From positions 64,001 through 128,000 of the forward strand of contig JBALDB010000001.1 in NCBI GenBank assembly GCA_036918135.1: a stretch of DNA of 64,000 bases, in the 5' to 3' direction. Made by a program: the position numbers and the translations under genes. The notes below the pieces were generated by a model, which saw only the letters and a list, made by a program, of their open reading frames with translations, ran no database searches and was not told where the DNA came from. The DNA is from Nostoc sp. (GTDB taxonomy: Bacteria > Cyanobacteriota > Cyanobacteriia > Cyanobacteriales > Nostocaceae). This document shows positions 30,675-41,030 of the stretch, one piece after another. Every line of letters starts with the position of its first letter. Within the stretch, counting starts at the first letter, position 1.

Positions 30675-31754
30675 ATGTCACCAAAACATCAACTCTTAAA
30701 GCAACTATCTATTTCTCGGATAGCTATTTTGCGAGCGCTTCCTGGTTTAGGTGATTTACTTTGTGCTTTACCAGCCTTAAGAGCGCTCAGAAAAGCTTTC
30801 CCGCAAGCCCACATCACCTTAATTGGTTTACCTTGGGCGCGTTCTTTCGTAGAACGTTTTAGCCATTATCTCGATGAATTCTTAGAATTTCCTGGCTACC
30901 CTGGAATTCCAGAAGTGCCACTTTGTGTTGAGAAAATACCCAGGTTTCTTACTAGTGTTCAGGAGCAACGCTTTGACTTGGCATTACAAATGCATGGTAA
31001 TGGCAGTGTGATTAATTCCTTTACTGTCTTACTTGGCGCTCAAATTAATGCTGGTTTTTATCTTCCCAGTCATTATTGCCCTAATCCAGATTACTTTCTG
31101 CCTTATCCAGATTGTAAACCAGAAATATGGCGACACTTACACTTAATGGATTTTTTGGGAATACCACTTCAGGGGGATGAATTAGAATTTCCTTTGAAAG
31201 ATGAAGATTTTGCAGCTTTTTCCCAGTTCCCTTTTTCTACCCCTTATGTTTGCATTCACCCTGGTGCAAGTGTGCCAGATAAACGTTGGTCTTTGGAAAA
31301 CTTTGCTGTTGTTGCTGATGCGATCGCCGCTCGTGGTTTTCAAATAGTACTTACTGGTACGGCATCAGAAGCTAATTTAACTCAGTCTCTAGCAGAAATG
31401 ATGCGTTTCAAACCGATTGATTTGGCTGGACAGACTAGCTTGGGTGCAATGGCAGCCCTTTTAAGTCAAGCTAGTCTACTAGTTTGTAATGATACAGGTG
31501 TATCGCATTTGGCAGCTGCTTTAGGAGTAAAGAGTATTGTAATTTTCACTAATTCCTCACTGCATCGTTGGGCACCATTGAATCGTCAGATTCACCGTTC
31601 ATTAAGTTCTAATGGTATAGAAACAACAGATATAACAGACCGATTATTCGTACCTAGCAAAAAATCTCCTGACACATATTTTTCCATTACACCAGAAATG
31701 GCGATCGCTCAGGTAGAAGACCTGCTGGATAAAGAGGTTTCAAATGTTACCTAA
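30675..31754 (+). CDS. glycosyltransferase family 9 (heptosyltransferase-like)
   Basis: GLGDLLCALPAL, IHPGAS..KRW, NDTGVSHLAAALG. Confidence 0.92.
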   Translation: MSPKHQLLKQLSISRIAILRALPGLGDLLCALPALRALRKAFPQAHITLIGLPWARSFVERFSHYLDEFLEFPGYPGIPEVPLCVEKIPRFLTSVQEQRFDLALQMHGNGSVINSFTVLLGAQINAGFYLPSHYCPNPDYFLPYPDCKPEIWRHLHLMDFLGIPLQGDELEFPLKDEDFAAFSQFPFSTPYVCIHPGASVPDKRWSLENFAVVADAIAARGFQIVLTGTASEANLTQSLAEMMRFKPIDLAGQTSLGAMAALLSQASLLVCNDTGVSHLAAALGVKSIVIFTNSSLHRWAPLNRQIHRSLSSNGIETTDITDRLFVPSKKSPDTYFSITPEMAIAQVEDLLDKEVSNVT

Positions 31755-32217
31755 GTGGGAAAAGGTACGCCGAGTTTTGGTAATACATCTAGGTAAAAGG
31801 CACGATTTAATCTTGATAATTCCAGCATTGCAAAAGTTACGCCAATCACTATCGAATGCTGCTATTACTTTAATGGTTTCCCCAAACACTAAACAATTAG
31901 GCTTACAGATACGTTGTGCAGATTACCTATTGGTGTATGAGGGTGCTGATTACAAGTTTAGAAATGCTGAGTGCGAATTGGCTTTGATTTCAAAACTCCG
32001 TCAATATGATTTTGATGCATCTCTAATATTTACAAATCCTGGAGAATCACCATATTCCTTAGCTTATATTTGCTATTTAGCAGGAATTCCGATTCGTATC
32101 GGTCAATCGCAGGAGTTTGGCGGCGGTGTTCTTTCCAAATGCGTGAAGCCACAACCATTAGAGTCTCTATCTTTCCAAGCACTAACTATTGTAAATGAGT
32201 TATTTGAGTACAGCTAG
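31744..32217 (+). CDS. truncated GT9-like protein (N-terminal domain only)
   Basis: RRVLVIHLG..DLILIIPAL, FDASLIFT..ESPY..AYICYLAGIPIRIG; no nucleotide-sugar-binding C-terminal domain. Confidence 0.7.
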   Translation: MLPKWEKVRRVLVIHLGKRHDLILIIPALQKLRQSLSNAAITLMVSPNTKQLGLQIRCADYLLVYEGADYKFRNAECELALISKLRQYDFDASLIFTNPGESPYSLAYICYLAGIPIRIGQSQEFGGGVLSKCVKPQPLESLSFQALTIVNELFEYS

Positions 32218-32286
32218 AGGTGTTCGACTATATAAACTATCACCTCTTGTTGCTGAAATTAGTATTCAGAACTTAGTACTTCAACT

Positions 32287-33249
32287 ATGCAACCATTACG
32301 CATTCTCACTTGGCATATTCATGGCAGCTATCTCTACTACTTAACTCAAAGCAATCATCAATTTTATCTGCCTGTTAAACCAGGACGACCTGAGGGTTAT
32401 GGCGGTCGTTTAGGTAATTTTCCTTGGTCAGATAATGTTCATGATATTCCGGCGGTTGAAGTCAAAAATCTTAAATTTGATTGTATTTTATTTCAGTCAC
32501 GACGAAATTATTTAGAAGACCAGTATGAGATTCTCTCAGAGTCGCAGCAACGACTACCGCGAATTTTTTTAGAACACGATCCACCACGAGAACATCCAAC
32601 CGATACAAGCCATGTTGTAGATGATCCAAATGTTTTGCTGGTTCATGTGACCCACTTCAACCAGCTGATGTGGAATAGTAATCGCACCCCAACTCGTGTA
32701 ATTGAACATGGTGTGATGGTGCCCAAAGATGTTAGTTATACGGGTGATTTAGAGAAGGGATTGGTAATAGTAAATGGTTTGCGATCGCGTGGTCGTCGTC
32801 TAGGTGCTGATGTATTTGAACGTGTCCGCCAAGAAATTCCCCTAGATTTAGTTGGCATGGATTCAGAAGAACTGGATGGACTAGGCGAAATACCACATCA
32901 CCAACTTCCAGCATTTGCCTCACATTACCGCTTTTTCTTTAATCCCATCCGCTACACCAGCTTAGGACTTGCTGTCTGTGAAGCAATGATGGTGGGTTTA
33001 CCAGTTATTGGATTAGCAACTACAGAAATGACTACGGTAATCAAAAATGGAGTTTCTGGCTATGTAAATACAGATTTGGAAAAGCTAATTTTCAGAATGC
33101 GCCAACTTTTAAATAACCAAAACCACGCCCAAAATCTGAGTCAAGGTGCTTTAGAAACAGCACAAAAACGCTTTAACATTCAACGTTTTACTAATGACTG
33201 GGACGAAACATTCAAATCTGTCATTAATCCTTTATCCCTAGTGCTTTAA
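32287..33249 (+). CDS. glycosyltransferase (GT4-like)
   Basis: LRILTWHIHGSY, NPIRYTSLGLAVCEAMMVGLPV. Confidence 0.85.
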   Translation: MQPLRILTWHIHGSYLYYLTQSNHQFYLPVKPGRPEGYGGRLGNFPWSDNVHDIPAVEVKNLKFDCILFQSRRNYLEDQYEILSESQQRLPRIFLEHDPPREHPTDTSHVVDDPNVLLVHVTHFNQLMWNSNRTPTRVIEHGVMVPKDVSYTGDLEKGLVIVNGLRSRGRRLGADVFERVRQEIPLDLVGMDSEELDGLGEIPHHQLPAFASHYRFFFNPIRYTSLGLAVCEAMMVGLPVIGLATTEMTTVIKNGVSGYVNTDLEKLIFRMRQLLNNQNHAQNLSQGALETAQKRFNIQRFTNDWDETFKSVINPLSLVL

Positions 33250-33342
33250 CAAATGACAAAGCGCAAAGTCTGAGCGGAGGTTTCCTCCGAACAGAACTTT
33301 GTAAGAGAGGACGATTGACAAATGACTAGTAACTAATAACTA

Positions 33343-35412
33343 ATGACTAAATCCATTGCCCTAATAAGCGAACATGCCTCACCCATTGGCACCTTTGGGG
33401 GTGTAGATAGCGGCGGTCAAAATGTATATGTAGGACAGCTAGCTAAACATCTGGTTGCCTTAGGCTATAAAGTTGATATTTTTACCAGACGAGACAGCGA
33501 AGAATTGCCAGAAATCATCCAATGGATGGATAACATTCAGGTAATTAATGTCCCTGCTGGGCCTGCTAAGTACGTGCGAAAAGAAGACATGCTTCCGTAC
33601 ATGGAAGAATTTACTGCTTATATCCTAAATTTTTGCCAAAAGCCTCCTGAATCTACTCAAGAAAAGGATAGTTTATGCATTTGCCAGAAAACACCAAAAT
33701 ACGACTTAATCCATGCAAATTTCTGGATGTCAGCATTGGTAGGGGCAGAAATTAAACGGGTCTTAAGTATACCTCTTGTTGTTACATTTCACGCTCTCGG
33801 TCGTGTGCGTCGCTTCTGGCAAGGTGATACAGACGAATTCCCCGATCGCCGCTTTGTTATAGAAGACCGGATTGTTGCAGAAGCAGACCACATCATTGCT
33901 GAATGTCCTCAAGACGAGCAAGACCTACTGTGTCTTTATAATGCTGACAAAGAAAAAATTACCATTATTCCCTGTGGCTTCGATCCGAGTGAATTTTGGC
34001 AAGTGAATCAAACTACAGCCCGGAAAAAGCTTGGTTTACCTCTGAATGAGAATCTGATTCTCCAACTGGGGCGTTTAGTACCACGTAAAGGAGTTGATAC
34101 GGTAATTCGTGCTTTTGGATGCCTTGTTAAAGAGTATGGCATTCCCACAAGACTATTAATTGTTGGGGGAGAATCAGAAGAACCAGACCCCCAACTCACA
34201 CCAGAAATAAATCGTTTACAGATTATTGCTAGTGAAGAAGGCATTGAATCGCAGGTGACTTTTGTTGGTCGTCGCCACCGGGAAGTACTCAAGTATTATT
34301 ACAGTGCCTCGGATGTATTAGTGACAACTCCTTGGTATGAACCGTTTGGAATTACGCCTGTAGAGGCAATGGCTTGTGGAACACCTGTAATTGGTTCTAA
34401 AGTCGGTGGAATTAAGTTTACTGTCCAAGATGGTGAAACTGGGTATCTTGTAGCGCCAAACGATCCTGATGCGATCGCCGAACGAATTGCCCACCTCTAC
34501 AAAAATCCTCAAGTACTTCATCGCTTAAAGGGTCAGGCAATACAACGCGCTCATCAGATGTTTACTTGGAAACAAGTAACGAGTGCTGTTGCTGCTCTTT
34601 ATGAGGAAGTTATAAATACAGCAAAAAACAAGCAAATAAGGAGAACAAAACAAGAATGGCAAATGCTTCCTTACACGCAGACAGTTCACACTTTGCAAGA
34701 AGCCAGCTTACCAATATCTACAATCAAGGAAACCCTAGTTTCCGCTGCTCACAGGTTTGAGTTTTTGAGAATCTCCGAATTCGATAAAAGAGGCGATCGC
34801 TATATTAACGAATTTTCAGACTTTCACCATTCTTCCCCATCTTTGAGCCTAATCGATCGCAGCTTTGCAACTGCAATTTCCGCAATCGAGAAATCTCGGC
34901 AAACTCTTGCACCTGTAATTTTGGAAGCAGCCGCAGCTATTAGCACTTGTTTTGCTTTAGGTGGTAAGGTGCTTGTTTGCGGCAACGGAGGCAGTGCAGC
35001 AGATGCCCAACATTTTGCAGCGGAATTTGTCGGTAAACTTTGTAGCTCAAATCGTCCAGGATTACCTGTAATATCACTAACAGCAGATTCATCTTTTTTG
35101 AGTGCTTGGGCAAATGATGTGGGATACGATTACGTCTTTTCTCGACAGGTAGAAACTTTTGCCAAACCGGGAGATTTATTATTAGGCATTAGTACCAGTG
35201 GGCGATCGCGCAATCTTATTGAAGCATTCAAAACTGCACGAGATGCTCATATTAACTCTATCGCTTTACTTGGCGGCGATGGTGGTGACTTGCTTCCACT
35301 AGCAGATTTAGCAGTAGTTGTTCCTGCAACCGATACCCAACGCATTCAAGAAGTGCAACATCTGGTATTGCATATTTTGTGCGAATTGGTTGAGGAGCAA
35401 GTAAGGAAGTAG
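33343..35412 (+). CDS. fusion of an MshA-like GT4 and a phosphoheptose isomerase (GmhA, SIS domain)
   Basis: SEHASP..GGVDSGGQNVYV, YEPFGITPVEAMACG; C-terminal CGNGGSAADAQHFAAE, STSGRS, RIQEVQ. Confidence 0.92.
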   Translation: MTKSIALISEHASPIGTFGGVDSGGQNVYVGQLAKHLVALGYKVDIFTRRDSEELPEIIQWMDNIQVINVPAGPAKYVRKEDMLPYMEEFTAYILNFCQKPPESTQEKDSLCICQKTPKYDLIHANFWMSALVGAEIKRVLSIPLVVTFHALGRVRRFWQGDTDEFPDRRFVIEDRIVAEADHIIAECPQDEQDLLCLYNADKEKITIIPCGFDPSEFWQVNQTTARKKLGLPLNENLILQLGRLVPRKGVDTVIRAFGCLVKEYGIPTRLLIVGGESEEPDPQLTPEINRLQIIASEEGIESQVTFVGRRHREVLKYYYSASDVLVTTPWYEPFGITPVEAMACGTPVIGSKVGGIKFTVQDGETGYLVAPNDPDAIAERIAHLYKNPQVLHRLKGQAIQRAHQMFTWKQVTSAVAALYEEVINTAKNKQIRRTKQEWQMLPYTQTVHTLQEASLPISTIKETLVSAAHRFEFLRISEFDKRGDRYINEFSDFHHSSPSLSLIDRSFATAISAIEKSRQTLAPVILEAAAAISTCFALGGKVLVCGNGGSAADAQHFAAEFVGKLCSSNRPGLPVISLTADSSFLSAWANDVGYDYVFSRQVETFAKPGDLLLGISTSGRSRNLIEAFKTARDAHINSIALLGGDGGDLLPLADLAVVVPATDTQRIQEVQHLVLHILCELVEEQVRK

Positions 35413-35489
35413 AGAAAGAATTATCCTTTCTCTCTGCGTCTGGGCGTGAGATTTTGATTCATCAACAGCAAAAACAAAAGGAGAAAACA

Positions 35490-36215
35490 ATGGAAGAACT
35501 CAAAAATAAAGTAGTACTAGTAACAGGAGGCGGACGCGGATTAGGTGAAACTGTTTGCCACACTTTAGCCTCAGCTGGTGCTAGCGTTGTTGTCGCAGAT
35601 ATTCGAGATGAGTTAGCGCAGAAAGTAGCTGGCGAAATTCAAGCGAATAACTTGCAAGCAATGCCATTGATAATCGACGTTACCGATGAAGCACAAGCAG
35701 AAACAGCTATCGAGAAGATTGTTTCCCAGTACGGACATTTGGATGCTCTGATTAATAATGCTGGAACAGATGTAACCCTCTCAATTGAGGAGCTTTCCAT
35801 TCAAGATTGGGACAGAATTCTAGCAGTTAACCTCCGCGCTCCCTTTATCTTGTCAAAGTTTGCTTTACCTGTGATGAAAAAACAAGGTAGCGGTCATATC
35901 ATTAATATATCTTCCACAGCAGCCAAGCGTGCTTGGGCAAATGCTTCCGCTTATCATGCCAGTAAATGGGGACTTTTGGGCTTTAGTCACGCCCTGCATG
36001 TAGAAGCACGTCCTCACAACGTCAAAGTTACAGCTTTAATTGCTGGCGGAATGCAAACGCCATTTTTACTAGACCGATTCCCAGATATTGATGTCAACAA
36101 GTTGCAAAATCCCAAAAACGTCGCCCAAACGATTCGATTTTTGCTATCAACACCAGAAGGAACAGTTATACCTGAGATGACAGTTATACCGATGGGTGAG
36201 AGTTCTTGGCCTTAA
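35490..36215 (+). CDS. SDR family oxidoreductase
   Basis: TGGGRGLG, NNAG, YHASK; start placed at MEELKNK after a GGAG RBS. Confidence 0.92.
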   Translation: MEELKNKVVLVTGGGRGLGETVCHTLASAGASVVVADIRDELAQKVAGEIQANNLQAMPLIIDVTDEAQAETAIEKIVSQYGHLDALINNAGTDVTLSIEELSIQDWDRILAVNLRAPFILSKFALPVMKKQGSGHIINISSTAAKRAWANASAYHASKWGLLGFSHALHVEARPHNVKVTALIAGGMQTPFLLDRFPDIDVNKLQNPKNVAQTIRFLLSTPEGTVIPEMTVIPMGESSWP

Positions 36216-36245
36216 TTGTCTTTTGTCCTTTGTTATTTGTAAAAG

Positions 36246-36308
36246 ACCAATGACCAATGACTAATGACTAATGACTGATGACTAATGATCAATGACCAAT
36301 GACCAATG
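36246..36308. repeat. STRR2-type heptamer array (TGACCAA/TGACTAA)
   Basis: About 8 tandem heptamers running into the gmhB start codon; similar short arrays near 42075-42100 and 60240. Confidence 0.85.
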
Positions 36309-36872
36309 ATCAATCAAGCGGTCTTTATAGATAAAGATGGAACTCTAATTGAGGATGTACCTTACAACGTCGATCCTAATTTGATTCAACTAACACCAGG
36401 TGCGATCGCAGCATTACAAATACTGCAAAAATTAGCATACAAATTGATTGTAATTAGCAATCAATCAGGTGTAGCACGGGGTTATTTTCATGAATCTCAG
36501 TTGGTGGTAGTAAAGGAACGCTTGCTCGAACTTTTATCAAAGCAAGGTGTAACACTAGATGATTTTTACTACTGCCCACATTATCCAGATGGTGTAGTGC
36601 CAGAATATGCAATTACTTGTGAGTGTCGCAAACCCGAACCAGGATTAATTCTGCGTGCAGCTTGCGAACACAATGTTGATTTAGAAAATTCTTGGTTTAT
36701 TGGCGATATCCTCAATGATGTTGAAGCTGGTCATCGTGCTGGGTGTAAAGCAATTCTAATTGACAATGGCAATGAAACTGAGTGGCAGATGTCTCCGATA
36801 CGAATACCAGACTATATTGTTGCTGACTTAGAGACAGCAGCACAAGTGATTAAAAAGAACTTCCCAAAATGA
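36306..36872 (+). CDS. gmhB: D-glycero-manno-heptose-1,7-bisphosphate phosphatase
   Basis: FIDKDGTL (HAD IIIA), SNQSGVARG, CPH..CECRKPEPG, IGD...DVEAG. Confidence 0.92.
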   Translation: MINQAVFIDKDGTLIEDVPYNVDPNLIQLTPGAIAALQILQKLAYKLIVISNQSGVARGYFHESQLVVVKERLLELLSKQGVTLDDFYYCPHYPDGVVPEYAITCECRKPEPGLILRAACEHNVDLENSWFIGDILNDVEAGHRAGCKAILIDNGNETEWQMSPIRIPDYIVADLETAAQVIKKNFPK

Positions 36873-36875
36873 GTT

Positions 36876-38522
36876 ATGAATTATCATGCTTTCAACTTTC
36901 AGCATTCCGCACATTTAAATTGCTTACTAGATGCAGTCACGAATTTAAATGTGATAGTTATCGGTGATGCGATACTTGATTGTTATTTAGAAGGATTTAG
37001 CGATCGCATTTGCCGAGAAGCCCCTGTTCCTGTTGTTAATCTTACCAACATAGAGTACATTCCTGGTGGAGCTGCTAATACTGCTGTTAATGTCCGCAGT
37101 ATTGGTGGTAATGTATCATTTATATCAGTAATTGGAGATGACTGGGAAGGTTCTTTATTACGGCAAGCACTTTCACGTCGTGGCGTTTCTACAAAACATT
37201 TGATTATCCAACCAGGCAGACATACTCTTGCTAAACAACGGGTAATGGCGGCTTCACAAATATTAGTCAGATTTGATTCTGGTAATACAGAGGCTATTGA
37301 TGAATATGCCGAACAAACGCTGATTAATGAACTTGAGCGTAGATATTCAGAATGCGATGCGGTAATAGTCTCTGATTACGGCTATGGAATTTTGACCGAA
37401 ACAGTTGTTCAAGCGTTATCCCAACTGCAAGCACGTTATAACCGCGTCTTAATCGTTGATGCTAAAAATCTCCTCGCCTATCGCCACCTTGATATTACTG
37501 CCGTTAAACCAAACTATGAGCAGGTATTGCAATTACTAAATATCCCTTCCTTGTCCTATCTTTTGAAAGAAGGTGACGACAACATTAAATCTCGTGTTGA
37601 GCAAATCGTACCTTATGGGGATCGCATACTCGACCTTACAGGCGCAAAAATTGCTGCCGTTACCTTAGATGCTGAAGGTGGAATTATTTTTGAACGAGAT
37701 TCTCAACCACACCGCACTTATACTCAACCGACAATTCAATCGCGTACCTCTGGTGCTGGAGATACATTTACCAGCGCTCTTACCCTTGCCCTAAGTGCTG
37801 GTGCTACAACACCACTAGCAGCTGATTTTGCTGCTTCTGCCTCTGCTGTAGTTGTAGGAAAAGACGGGACAACTGCTTGTTTTGCCGAAGAACTGCGTAA
37901 TTTCTTTAATCGAGAGGTGGGGGATGAAGACATTCAGACGCAAGCAGTAAAGGAGCAAGTAGCACAGGAGAAGGGCTTCTCCCTTGCCTCGGTGCCTAGA
38001 ATCTCTGCATCTGTTGAAAGCCTAACATCGCAAAAACACATTCCTAATCTCAACCAACTACTTGCTCTTGTTACCTCTTACCGCAAAGCTGGATGCAAAA
38101 TTGTTTTCACAAATGGTTGCTTTGACATCCTCCATGCTGGACACGTTTCTTACCTCAATTGTGCTAGGGCACTAGGCGATATTTTGATTGTCGGCTTGAA
38201 CTCAGACGATAGTATCCGTCGTCTCAAAGGGTCAAGTCGTCCGATTAATTCTCTAGAAGACCGCATCCAAGTTCTCGGCGGACTCAGTTGCATTGATTAT
38301 CTGATTGCTTTTGAAGAAGACACCCCCAGCAACCTGATCCGCGTAATTCGCCCTGATATCTTTGTTAAAGGCGGTAACTACACCAAAGAAACATTACCAG
38401 AAGCGCCTTTGGTAGAGCAATTAGGTGGTGTTGTAAAATTATTGCAGTTTGTTGAAAACCGTTCCACTACCAGCATAATTGAACGCATTTGTGAACTAGC
38501 TGGAAAAGGAGTCGAGGATTAG
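36876..38522 (+). CDS. hldE: bifunctional heptose-7-P kinase / heptose-1-P adenylyltransferase
   Basis: IGDAILD, REAPVPVV, GGAANTA, SDYGYG, GAGDT; FTNGCFDILHAGH, GLNSDDSIRRLKG. Confidence 0.93.
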   Translation: MNYHAFNFQHSAHLNCLLDAVTNLNVIVIGDAILDCYLEGFSDRICREAPVPVVNLTNIEYIPGGAANTAVNVRSIGGNVSFISVIGDDWEGSLLRQALSRRGVSTKHLIIQPGRHTLAKQRVMAASQILVRFDSGNTEAIDEYAEQTLINELERRYSECDAVIVSDYGYGILTETVVQALSQLQARYNRVLIVDAKNLLAYRHLDITAVKPNYEQVLQLLNIPSLSYLLKEGDDNIKSRVEQIVPYGDRILDLTGAKIAAVTLDAEGGIIFERDSQPHRTYTQPTIQSRTSGAGDTFTSALTLALSAGATTPLAADFAASASAVVVGKDGTTACFAEELRNFFNREVGDEDIQTQAVKEQVAQEKGFSLASVPRISASVESLTSQKHIPNLNQLLALVTSYRKAGCKIVFTNGCFDILHAGHVSYLNCARALGDILIVGLNSDDSIRRLKGSSRPINSLEDRIQVLGGLSCIDYLIAFEEDTPSNLIRVIRPDIFVKGGNYTKETLPEAPLVEQLGGVVKLLQFVENRSTTSIIERICELAGKGVED

Positions 38523-38572
38523 AAACTGGGGATTGGGAAAAGAGATTTTTATGATATCAGATAGATCCTTAA

Positions 38573-39709
38573 ATGACTAACTGGAACTCTGCTGAAAATA
38601 TTCTCTGCATTAGGCTGGACACAATCGGTGATGTCTTGATGACAACACCAGCAATCCGGGCGCTAAAAGCATCAAACCCTCGCCGTCAAGTTACACTGCT
38701 AACTTCCTCTGCGGGTGCAGCAGTTGCCTCACTTGTACCAGAAATCGACCGAGTGATGGTCTACGATGCACCTTGGTTAAAAGCAACAGCACCACGATTA
38801 AATAGCCGTCCTGAGTATGAAATGGCAGAATACTTGCGAGATTTTAAGTTTGATGGTGTTGTAATTTTTACTGTGTACAGTCAAAATCCTTTACCCTCAG
38901 CATTCCTGTGCTACTTAGCAGATATTCCCTTACGGCTGGCTCACTGTCATGAAAATCCTTACCAGTTGCTCACAGATTGGGTAAAAGACCCAGAACCAGA
39001 AAATTTGATCCGTCATGAGGTGCGTCGGCAACTGGACTTAATTAGCACAATTGGCTCTTATGTAGATGACGAAAGATTATCTTTGCATGTCCCAGAAGAA
39101 GTTTTAGCAGTAGTGGATGGCATTCTCCAAAAACTAGACGTAGACAAACAGCGTCCTTTGGTGGTGATTCACCCTGGTGCAACAGCTGCTTCGCGGCGCT
39201 ATCCACCAGAAAAATTTGCTGTAGTTGCCAAAACTCTAGTTCTGGAAATGGGTATGCAAGTAATTTTTACAGGTATTGAATCAGAACAAGAACTGGTGGC
39301 AGAAATTCAAAAGGCGATCGCAGATGATTTATCTTTATCTGTTATACCAAATGACTTTCATTCGCTGGTGGGATGTCTCAAGCTCAGTGAACTAGCAGCA
39401 CTTTTGAAACTTTCTTCTTTAGTAATTTCCAACAACTCCGGCCCGGTTCACATTGCTGCTGCTGTTAATACACCAGTTGTAGATTTATACGCTCTGACTA
39501 ATCCTCAGCATACTCCTTGGGGTATTCCCCATCGCGTGTTATTCCATGATGTTCCCTGCAAATATTGTTATAAAAGCATTTGTCCTGAGGGACATCATGA
39601 ATGTCTACGTCTGGTAACACCGGAATCTGTGGTTAATGCTGCGTGTGAATTACTAGCTGCTACGCAAAGTCAAGAATCAGAAGTAATTGATTTTGCCCTT
39701 AACCCTTGA
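38573..39709 (+). CDS. GT9 heptosyltransferase II-like protein
   Basis: RLDTIGDVLMTTP, IHPGATAASRRY, NNSGPVHIAAAV, C-terminal CKYCYKSICPEGHHEC. Confidence 0.92.
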   Translation: MTNWNSAENILCIRLDTIGDVLMTTPAIRALKASNPRRQVTLLTSSAGAAVASLVPEIDRVMVYDAPWLKATAPRLNSRPEYEMAEYLRDFKFDGVVIFTVYSQNPLPSAFLCYLADIPLRLAHCHENPYQLLTDWVKDPEPENLIRHEVRRQLDLISTIGSYVDDERLSLHVPEEVLAVVDGILQKLDVDKQRPLVVIHPGATAASRRYPPEKFAVVAKTLVLEMGMQVIFTGIESEQELVAEIQKAIADDLSLSVIPNDFHSLVGCLKLSELAALLKLSSLVISNNSGPVHIAAAVNTPVVDLYALTNPQHTPWGIPHRVLFHDVPCKYCYKSICPEGHHECLRLVTPESVVNAACELLAATQSQESEVIDFALNP

Positions 39710-39722
39710 CTTTTGACTTTTG

Positions 39723-39903
39723 ATATCAAGTTCGGTCTTTTTGGGAATTGGTAATTGCTAATTGGTAATAGGTAATTGGGAATTGGGAAAAAGAAGGTTT
39801 ACCCATTACCCATTCCCCATTACCCATTACCCATTCATGCTGAGCAAAGCCGAAGCATTACCGACCCTCACAGATATCATAAGTATTCAACTGAAGATGA
39901 TAT
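39723..39903. mobile_element. MITE-like element carrying inverted heptamer arrays, inserted in a GACTTTT array
   Basis: Ends ATATCAAGTTCGGT ... AACTGAAGATGATAT; inside (GGTAATT)n vs (CCCATTA)n; GACTTTTG on both sides. Confidence 0.55.
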
Positions 39904-39933
39904 GACTTTTGATTTCCCCAAAGGGGCTGACTT

Positions 39934-40752
39934 ATGACTGTCGATATTTTAATTCCTACCTATAATCGCCCAGCTGCTTTGGCTGTTACTCTCACAAGTT
40001 TGATAGCCCAGACTTACCACGATTTCCGCATTGTTATTTCTGACCAAACTGAAGACAGTAACCCTGTAGAAAGTGGTGAAGTTCAAGCGGTTTTACGGGT
40101 ACTTCATGCTCACGGTCATAGTATAACAGTTCATAAACACTTACCCCGTCGAGGCATTGCAGAACAACGACAATTTTTGCTAGAGCAAGCAACGGCTCCC
40201 TATGTTCTTTTCGTTGATGATGACTTGATTTTAGAACCTTATGTAGTTGAACGAATGCTCACAGCTATTAAAGAAGAAAGCTGTGGTTTCGTTGGTAGTT
40301 CATTTATCGGACTCAGCTTTATTAATGATGTTCGCCTTCACGAGCAAAAAATCGAGTTTTGGGAAGGACAAGTTCAACCGGAGATAGTCAAATCTGAGAC
40401 ACGGGAATGGGAGCGCTGGCGTTTGCATAACGCTGCTAATCTTTACCATCTCCAGCAAAGGCTGGGTCTAACTCCCGCTCAACAGCGTAAATACCGCGTT
40501 GCCTGGGTAAGTGGTTGCGTGATGTTTGATACTGCTAAACTTAGCCACATTGGTGGCTACTCGTTTTGGCGAGAACTTCCCCCAGAACATTGCGGTGAAG
40601 ATGTTTTAGTACAACTGCGATTGATGGCGTTATACGGTGGCTGTGCCATCATTCCTTCTGGTGTTTATCATCAAGAGTTACCAACAACAATTGTTAACCG
40701 GAATGTGCCTGCCGATAAATATCTATCTGTAACAGTTCCAAATAATTCGTGA
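39934..40752 (+). CDS. glycosyltransferase family 2
   Basis: ILIPTYNRP, LFVDDD, GEDV. Confidence 0.9.
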   Translation: MTVDILIPTYNRPAALAVTLTSLIAQTYHDFRIVISDQTEDSNPVESGEVQAVLRVLHAHGHSITVHKHLPRRGIAEQRQFLLEQATAPYVLFVDDDLILEPYVVERMLTAIKEESCGFVGSSFIGLSFINDVRLHEQKIEFWEGQVQPEIVKSETREWERWRLHNAANLYHLQQRLGLTPAQQRKYRVAWVSGCVMFDTAKLSHIGGYSFWRELPPEHCGEDVLVQLRLMALYGGCAIIPSGVYHQELPTTIVNRNVPADKYLSVTVPNNS

Positions 40753-40780
40753 ACAACAAGGGTGGGTTACTTTTTGCAGG

Positions 40781-40979
40781 TCGATGCAATGGCATTGCAG
40801 ACCGATGCATTAACAATGCTAGCCGATGCAATGGCATTGCAGACCGATGCATTAACAATGCTAGCCGATGCAATGGCATTGCAGACCGATGCATTAACAA
40901 TGCTAGCCGATGCAATGGCATTGCAGACCGATGCATTAACAATGTCAGCCGATGCAATGGCATTGCAGACCGATGCATT
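40781..40979. repeat. 42 bp tandem repeat (about 4.7 units) made of two alternating palindromic 21-mers
   Basis: CCGATGCAATGGCATTGCAGA + CCGATGCATTAACAATGCTAG. Confidence 0.95.
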
Positions 40980-41030
40980 GTACCAATTTTCTAAATTAAA
41001 GCTACAAATCATCCCCCCTGCTCCCCTGCC

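Noticed and set aside
40781..40979. Possible CRISPR array
   Set aside because: The intervening units are identical rather than unique spacers, the period is only 21/42 bp, and no cas genes are in the window
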